From Anaerolineales bacterium (GTDB lineage: Bacteria > Chloroflexota > Anaerolineae > Anaerolineales > E44-bin32): a DNA stretch of 64,000 bases. The position numbers and the translations under genes are program-made. Positions within the stretch are counted from its first letter, which is position 1; every line of letters begins with the position of its first letter. The stretch is taken from assembly GCA_037379555.1 (NCBI GenBank), contig JARRJK010000013.1:3514-67513 (forward strand). Reading direction: 5' to 3'. Below, piece by piece: positions 7,917-13,678 of the stretch. Under the pieces are notes generated by a model that was not told the origin of the DNA, searched no databases, and worked only from the letters and a program-made list of their open reading frames with translations.

Positions 7917-8907
7917 CCTCGTCGTCTCCTTCAATCTCAACCAGCTCAATGTTGCGGCTTACGATCCAGGCCGCCACCGCGCCAGTCGCCAGACCCACGA
8001 TCGCGCCCTGCGCCAGGCCGGTGTACAGCCGCACGCTGGCTTTGTCCTCCAGGTCGGAAATCTGCTGCTCCTGCTCCTGGACCAGCCGGCGCAGCTCGTC
8101 CGTATCGAGATCCTTGAGCGTCTGGACTTCGCCAGTGAGTTCAAGGATCACATCGCGGGTGTGCACCGTATCCTGGTGGCAGCCGATGCAGGCTTCGGAA
8201 CCGACGGTGAAGGTATGGCCGGTCGGGATCAGGCCCTCGATCGGGTCCTCCGTGCGCGGGCTGGTGTACATATGGCAGTTCGAACACTCGAGTCCGGCGT
8301 TGGCATGGGAACTGTGGGTGAACGAATCGCCGTTGTCATGATGGCAGTTAGTGCATAGTTCAGTGACCGTGGCTGCCAGCGGCTTCTGGGCATGCGGATC
8401 GTGGCAGGACTGGCACTCGATTCCGGCCGCCCGGTGCGGGCTGGCTAGCCATTCATCGGTCGTGGTCTTATGGCAGGTCGCGCACAGGTTGTGATCCGGT
8501 GTGACCGACATCGGTTCAGCCGGATGTCCCGGTTGAAACGGTCCATGACACGATTCGCACGTTACACCCTCAATAGCGTAGGTGCCTGCCTCGGCGTCAT
8601 AGCCGGTGGTATGGCACTCCAGGCAGTCGAATTGGCTGCCCAGTTCACTCCAGTCTTTCTGGAAGATCGGTGAGGAGAATGCCCGTGCATGGCGGGTGAG
8701 CTGCCATTCGGCGTGAATCTCCTTGTGGCAGACGGCACAGGTCTCGGGCCCGGCGTAAGCCCCTTCCTGTGGGGACGGCTTTGGGGCGGGTGAAGCGGAG
8801 GCCGTACGAGCGTATCCGCTCGCCGCGCCCAACGCGAGGCAGACGGCGAAGGTGATAGCGAACGCAGCCGCCCCTCTCCCGATCCTTCGGTTCATCAGTC
8901 GTTTCAT
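7891..8907 (-). CDS. Octaheme cytochrome c with signal peptide, C-terminal coiled coil, TM anchor and acidic tail
   Basis: 338 aa with 8 CXXCH motifs (CAVCH, CLECH, CESCH, CATCH, CQSCH, CTNCH, CSNCH, CIGCH). The C-terminus reads ...ELRRLVQEQEQQISDLEDK..GLAQGAIVGLATGAVAAWIV..EIEGDDEDESTENES. AGGAG lies 8 nt upstream of the ATG at 8907. Confidence 0.85.
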   Translation of the reverse strand: MKRLMNRRIGRGAAAFAITFAVCLALGAASGYARTASASPAPKPSPQEGAYAGPETCAVCHKEIHAEWQLTRHARAFSSPIFQKDWSELGSQFDCLECHTTGYDAEAGTYAIEGVTCESCHGPFQPGHPAEPMSVTPDHNLCATCHKTTTDEWLASPHRAAGIECQSCHDPHAQKPLAATVTELCTNCHHDNGDSFTHSSHANAGLECSNCHMYTSPRTEDPIEGLIPTGHTFTVGSEACIGCHQDTVHTRDVILELTGEVQTLKDLDTDELRRLVQEQEQQISDLEDKASVRLYTGLAQGAIVGLATGAVAAWIVSRNIELVEIEGDDEDESTENES

Positions 8908-8969
8908 GCCTGTGCTCCTGTATCAGCTCACTCCACCAGCGGTCGTTGCACACTGCGTGGGCGAAATGA

Positions 8970-8985
8970 CCCATTCATGAATGGG
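8970..8985. promoter_or_regulatory. Perfect 16-bp palindrome CCCATTCATGAATGGG in the cytochrome operon leader or operator region
   Basis: The sequence is its own reverse complement. It lies 63-78 bp upstream of the octaheme start codon at 8907. Confidence 0.45.
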
Positions 8986-9066
8986 GGAATCAACCTACTT
9001 TCCCTCCGTACAAGCATGCTAACGCGAGCTTCCTATGGCATACAGTATCGCTGCTCCTCGATGAAT

Positions 9067-9082
9067 TGTGATATATATCACC
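9067..9082. promoter_or_regulatory. CRP/FNR-family binding site candidate (TGTGA-N6-TCACc; core 14-bp perfect palindrome GTGATATATATCAC)
   Basis: Matches 9 of 10 positions of the CRP consensus TGTGA-N6-TCACA. It also reads GTGAT-N4-ATCAC, close to the FNR consensus TTGAT-N4-ATCAA. On the minus strand, a -10-like TACTGT (9046..9041) would place a transcription start about 41 nt from the site centre, which is class II geometry. Confidence 0.5.
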
Positions 9083-9268
9083 TTTCAGGTAAAGCGTGTC
9101 GCATACAGATTGGTATGCAGTATGCTCTCTTTGGACACTCGCGCCTCGCGAACGATTTCATCCCCCATTAATCAAGCTATGGAAGAATCATACGTGTTGC
9201 ATGATTGGGTCGATTGAACCTACATCGGTTTGATGACAATCGTCCTCTCCAGAACAGCCGATGAAAGA

Positions 9269-9277
9269 TGATAGAAT
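9269..9277 (+). promoter_or_regulatory. Extended -10 promoter element (TGATAGAAT) for the ccm operon
   Basis: TGnTAgAAT lies 51 nt upstream of the ccmE ATG. The same GATAGAAT(T/C)C box recurs at 33111 and 63767, each time upstream of a gene. Confidence 0.4.
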
Positions 9278-9327
9278 TCGTGGGCTTTATGGACTGGTAA
9301 AACAGGGCCTCATGGGAGTTGAACCGT

Positions 9328-9849
9328 ATGACTGACAGGAAAGCAGAGAATCTACCCGCTGGGAGTAGCGGTCGGGCGAAGTTCCTGATCGGCGGCCTGT
9401 TGATCGTGGCAGCGATCGTCTATCTGATCGCTTCTTCCACGCAAGCTGCAGCGCAGTACTACCTGACGATCGATGAACTGATGGTCAAGGGCGAAGCGAT
9501 GCGTGACCGTGACGTGAAGATCTCCGGCGCGGTCGACGGGGAGACGATCGCCTACGATGCCAAAACCCTGACCTTGACTTTCGACATCGCCAACGTCCCG
9601 GGCGACCTGGACGAGATCGAGCAGGCCGGTGGGCTGGCGGAAGTGCTGCATCAGGCGGTCAATAATCCCGATGCCCGGCGCCTGACGGTGATGTATGAGG
9701 GGCCGATGCCTGATCTGCTGCGGAATGAAGCCCAGGCGATCGTCACCGGACGGCTGGGCGATGACGGTGTGTTCCACGCCGACGAACTGCTGCTCAAGTG
9801 CCCCACACGCTACGAGGAAGAGGTCCCGCTGCAGTCGGAGCAGGGTTGA
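9328..9849 (+). CDS. ccmE: Heme chaperone CcmE, Cys-variant (CXXXY)
   Basis: N-terminal TM anchor. MYEGPMPDLLRNEAQAIVTGRL...ADELLLKCPTRYEE aligns with E. coli [22 protein letters not shown]...AKEVLAKHDENYTP. I prefer the ATG at 9328 (GGGAG 9 nt upstream) over the track's TTG at 9319. Confidence 0.85.
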   Translation: MTDRKAENLPAGSSGRAKFLIGGLLIVAAIVYLIASSTQAAAQYYLTIDELMVKGEAMRDRDVKISGAVDGETIAYDAKTLTLTFDIANVPGDLDEIEQAGGLAEVLHQAVNNPDARRLTVMYEGPMPDLLRNEAQAIVTGRLGDDGVFHADELLLKCPTRYEEEVPLQSEQG

Positions 9850-9929
9850 ACCCTGCGGGTCGCGATGCGGCCCCGACGCTGATCGTTCGCGTGTTCCCCA
9901 TGAGTTACTGAATCAGGAGGCCTGGCTTC

Positions 9930-12002
9930 GTGATCGCCAATTTTGGATATTTTGCACTGATCATCACGTTTGTCACAGCTTTGTATGGCGCCGGCGCAGC
10001 AGCATACGGCGCCATTCAGCGCAAGCCGGAGCTGGTCGAAAGCGCCCGGCGGGCGATGCTGCTCACTTTTCCTCTGACCTCACTGGCGGCGCTGTCGATC
10101 ATCGCCCTGCTCGTCGGCGGACATTACGAAATCCGCTACGTAGCGCAGGTCACGAGCTCGAGCATGCCGACCTACCTCAAGGTGACCGCGCTGTGGGGTG
10201 GGCAGGAAGGATCGCTGGTCTTCTGGTCATGGCTGATGTCGGCGTTTGCCACGGCAGCCAGCCTGCGCAAGTGGGAGCGTGACCGCGAGCTGCTGCCGTG
10301 GATCATCGTGGTCACGATGGTCACGCTGGCTTTCTTCCTCTCGCTGGTGATCTTCTTTGAGAATCCGTTTGTCCGTTTATGGCTGACGCCCACTGGCGAG
10401 CAAGTCGGCGCCATGCTCCAGCCGGCTGGCGCCCGGGCGCTGACCCCCAGCGATGGGCAGGGCTTGAACCCGCTGCTGCGGCACCCCGGCATGGTCATCC
10501 ATCCGCCGATGCTTTACCTGGGCTTCGTCTCTTTCGTCATCCCGTACGCGTTCGCCATGGCGGCGCTGATCACACGCCGCAGCGACGACCGCTGGATCCG
10601 CATCACACGCCGCTGGACGCTCGTCGCCTGGCTGTTCCTTTCGCTCGGACTGATCCTGGGTGGGCGCTGGGCATATGATGTGCTCGGATGGGGCGGGTAC
10701 TGGGGCTGGGATCCGGTTGAGATCGCAGCCTTCATGCCCTGGCTCTCCGGGACGGCCTTCCTGCACTCGGTCATGGTGCAGGAGAAGAAGGGCATGCTCA
10801 AGCATTGGAACATGGTGCTGATCATTCTCACCTATGCGCTGGTCATTTTCGGCACCTTCCTGACCCGCTCGGGCGTGCTCTCCTCCGTGCATGCCTTCGC
10901 CCAATCGGCTATCGGGCCGATGTTCTTCATCTTCATCGGCATTACCTCGATCAGTTCGCTGGCGCTGCTTGTCCAGCGCTGGTCGATTCTGAAAAGCGAT
11001 AATCACCTCGAGTCGATGTTCTCGCGCGAGGCGCTTTTCCTGCTGAATAACTTGCTCTTCATGGGCATCCTGGTCATCTGCTTCTGGGGCGTGATCTTTC
11101 CCCTGATTTCGGAATTGGTCACCGGATCGAAAGTCACCGTCGGCCCGCCGTTCTACGAGCGGGCGACCAGTCCGCTTTGGTTGGGCCTGCTGCTGCTGAT
11201 GGGCGTGGCCCCGCTGTCGGCATATGCCAGCAGCACCTTTCGGACGATCGGCCGGGCGGCCTGGAAACCGGCGCTGGCCTCGCTGGCTGTCCCGATCGGC
11301 ATGTTCGCAGCCGGGTACAGCAGCATCGGCGCCATCCTCGGCTATTGGCTCGCAGCTTTTGTAGCCATCGTGACGCTTTACGAGTTCTGGCGTGGCGCGC
11401 TCGCCCGCCGACGGCGGCATAGCGAGTCACTGCCGCTGGCGCTCTGGCGCCTGGCCGGCCGCAACCGCCGCCGCTATGGGGGCTATGTGATCCACCTCGG
11501 CGTCGTGCTGATGGCGTTCGGCATCATCGGCATTGAGGTCTTCCAAACCGAAACGCAGGCCACGCTTGCACGCGGCGAACAGCTCACCCTCGGCCGCTAT
11601 GTGATGACATACGATGCGCTGACGCAATTCGACACCGCCGATGGGCGCAATGTCGCCCGGGCCGTGGTCTCGGTATATCACGATGGCAAATATGTCGGCG
11701 AGCTCTATCCGCGCAAGGACTACTACTACGTCTCACAGCAGCCGATGACCATTCCCGGCGTGCGGTCGACGCTGGAGGATGATTTCTACGTCCTGCTTGT
11801 CGGCTGGGAACCGATCGCGCAGCAGGGTGCGACCTTCAAGGTGTATCACAACCCGCTGGTCAATTTCGTCTGGCTCGGCGGTCTGGTATTCATTCTGGGC
11901 ACAGCCGTCGCCGCCTGGCCAGATCAGGACCCGGAGCCTGCCCGCAGCCGCCTGCGGTCGCGTGGCCTGACGCCGGGGGCATACCCGAGGAAAGCGACAT
12001 GA
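9930..12002 (+). CDS. ccmF: Cytochrome c-type biogenesis heme lyase CcmF
   Basis: 690-aa polytopic protein with the WWD motif WGGYWGWDPVE. GTG start with GGAGG upstream. Confidence 0.9.
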   Translation: MIANFGYFALIITFVTALYGAGAAAYGAIQRKPELVESARRAMLLTFPLTSLAALSIIALLVGGHYEIRYVAQVTSSSMPTYLKVTALWGGQEGSLVFWSWLMSAFATAASLRKWERDRELLPWIIVVTMVTLAFFLSLVIFFENPFVRLWLTPTGEQVGAMLQPAGARALTPSDGQGLNPLLRHPGMVIHPPMLYLGFVSFVIPYAFAMAALITRRSDDRWIRITRRWTLVAWLFLSLGLILGGRWAYDVLGWGGYWGWDPVEIAAFMPWLSGTAFLHSVMVQEKKGMLKHWNMVLIILTYALVIFGTFLTRSGVLSSVHAFAQSAIGPMFFIFIGITSISSLALLVQRWSILKSDNHLESMFSREALFLLNNLLFMGILVICFWGVIFPLISELVTGSKVTVGPPFYERATSPLWLGLLLLMGVAPLSAYASSTFRTIGRAAWKPALASLAVPIGMFAAGYSSIGAILGYWLAAFVAIVTLYEFWRGALARRRRHSESLPLALWRLAGRNRRRYGGYVIHLGVVLMAFGIIGIEVFQTETQATLARGEQLTLGRYVMTYDALTQFDTADGRNVARAVVSVYHDGKYVGELYPRKDYYYVSQQPMTIPGVRSTLEDDFYVLLVGWEPIAQQGATFKVYHNPLVNFVWLGGLVFILGTAVAAWPDQDPEPARSRLRSRGLTPGAYPRKAT

Positions 12003-12493
12003 AACGCAGGCTCATCCACTCGGTTGGCATCATCCTTCTGCTGCTGGCGTTTCTGCAGCTGGAGGCGTTCAGCGCGTTTGGCCAGGGCAGTGGACCGACG
12101 GATGATGAGGTCAACGCGATCGCCAGCCAGCTCTATTGTCCGGTCTGTGAGAATGTGCCGCTCGATGTCTGCCCAACGCAGGCATGCGTGCAATGGCGGG
12201 CGACGATTCGCGAAAAGCTCGCCGCCGGTTGGAGCGAAGACGAGATCAAACAGTACTTCGTCGAGCAATACGGCGCCCGGGTGCTCGCCACCCCGCCTGC
12301 TGAAGGCCTGAACTGGCTGGTCTACGTCCTGCCGCCGGCGGCGCTTTTAGCCGGCGCCTTTGTGCTGTTCCGCGCCGTGCGGACATGGCATGCAGAACCA
12401 GAACCCGCGGCAGGCCCGGTGCCCCCTGAGGAAGCAGAAGACGACCCTTACCTTGCCAAGCTGGAGGAAGAGCTGAAGCGCCGGGAGGTTTGA
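11999..12493 (+). CDS. ccmH: Cytochrome c biogenesis thiol-disulfide protein CcmH
   Basis: Signal peptide, LYCPVCENVPLDVC (the CXXC motif of CcmH/NrfF), then a TM helix. It aligns to E. coli LRCPKCQNNS...YGNFVTYDPP. ATGA overlap with ccmF. Confidence 0.8.
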   Translation: MKRRLIHSVGIILLLLAFLQLEAFSAFGQGSGPTDDEVNAIASQLYCPVCENVPLDVCPTQACVQWRATIREKLAAGWSEDEIKQYFVEQYGARVLATPPAEGLNWLVYVLPPAALLAGAFVLFRAVRTWHAEPEPAAGPVPPEEAEDDPYLAKLEEELKRREV

Positions 12494-12517
12494 CCCGGCT
12501 CAGGCGATGAAGATCTG

Positions 12518-13093
12518 ATGACGGATGAAGTTTCCACCAACGATAACTCTGTGAAAGTTCCACAGCGCTCGACGAATCTGCGCTGGGGTGTCATCGCGGC
12601 CTTCGTGCTGCTGATCGGACTGCTCGTCGTGCTCGGCCTCGGGCTTAAACGCACGTCACAGGGACCGATTGGCGTCGGCGACGAAGTCCCGGACCTAACC
12701 CTGACGACGTTCGACGATGGCGATATCCATTTCGAGGACCTGCGAGGTCAGGTCATTGTGGTGAATTTCTGGGCTTCGTGGTGCAAACCCTGTGAGGGCG
12801 AAGCAGCCGATCTGGAGACAGCCTACCAGATGTACCGCGATCAGGGAGTGGTCTTCCTGGGGGTAGATTACGTCGATACCGAACCCGAAGCGCGCGGCTA
12901 TCTCGAGCAGTTTGAGATCAGCTACCCGAATGGGCCCGACCTGGGCACGCGCATCTCTCAGGCGTTCCGCATTCGGGGTGTGCCGGAGACGTATGTGATT
13001 GGACCCGATGGCCGCCTGGCGGCGGTGAAGATCGGCCCTTACAACTCGCTTGACGAGATCGTCGCTCATATCGAAACGGCCCTGGCTCAATAG
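12518..13093 (+). CDS. ccmG: Membrane-anchored thioredoxin-like thiol:disulfide oxidoreductase (CcmG/DsbE/ResA-like)
   Basis: N-terminal TM helix, VVNFWASWCKPCEGE (WCXXC), and position within the ccm operon. Confidence 0.8.
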   Translation: MTDEVSTNDNSVKVPQRSTNLRWGVIAAFVLLIGLLVVLGLGLKRTSQGPIGVGDEVPDLTLTTFDDGDIHFEDLRGQVIVVNFWASWCKPCEGEAADLETAYQMYRDQGVVFLGVDYVDTEPEARGYLEQFEISYPNGPDLGTRISQAFRIRGVPETYVIGPDGRLAAVKIGPYNSLDEIVAHIETALAQ

Positions 13094-13213
13094 CGCGCTT
13101 GGAAGACTCTCCCTGCAGTCCGCTGACAGTCCACAGCCGACCAACGTGCCGCAGGCATGTGCGACGTGGTGGCAGTACGGCAGGACCGCAAGCGGCAAAG
13201 TAGAGGGTGAATT

Positions 13214-13678
13214 ATGGATCTTGGATCAGTCTTTCTGGGCATTGCCCTATTTCTGGTTGTGACGGCCATCCTGGCGCGCCCGCTGCTTGAGCATGCCGCA
13301 TCCACAGTCAGCGATGCGGAACGCCAGCTCTCGATGTTTCAGGCTGAACGCGATCGGATTCTTAACCGGCTGCAGGAACTCGATATGGATTTTGCGATGG
13401 GCAAGATCCTGGAAAGCGATTATCAAAATGAGCGGCGCGGATTGACGCAGGAGGGGGCAGATGTGCTGAGGGAGATCGACGCGCTGCGTTTGGGTGATAT
13501 CCCCGGCGGTGAAGCGCAGGCGCTGGAAGCGCGCATTGAGGCGGCGGTTGCCACCGCTCGCTCCAAGGCTCAAACCGGAGGCGGGTTCTGCCCGAACTGC
13601 GGCGCACCGATTCACAGCGGTGATCAATTCTGCACGCGCTGCGGACAGGCGCTGCAGCACGCGGAGGTGGAGGCATGA
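13214..13678 (+). CDS. CcmI-N-terminal-like membrane protein with C-terminal zinc ribbon
   Basis: N-terminal TM helix, then a coiled region LNRLQELDMDFAMGKILESDYQNERRGL resembling the CcmI cytoplasmic leucine-zipper loop, then CPNCGAPIHSGDQFCTRCG. There is no TPR region. Confidence 0.5.
   Translation: MDLGSVFLGIALFLVVTAILARPLLEHAASTVSDAERQLSMFQAERDRILNRLQELDMDFAMGKILESDYQNERRGLTQEGADVLREIDALRLGDIPGGEAQALEARIEAAVATARSKAQTGGGFCPNCGAPIHSGDQFCTRCGQALQHAEVEA

Noticed and set aside
5851-8907. Alternative Complex III (ActABC) assignment for the octaheme/FeS/NrfD trio
   Set aside because: There is no molybdopterin-like ActB1 domain fused to the FeS protein, no second NrfD-like ActF and no ActD or ActE. 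The cytochrome has 8 hemes rather than 5 and is C-terminally anchored.
8977-9171. 64-aa ORF in the AT-rich intergenic region
   Set aside because: It has no Shine-Dalgarno sequence and a codon composition unlike the rest of the window. It spans the palindromic regulatory sites, so the region is more plausibly non-coding control DNA.
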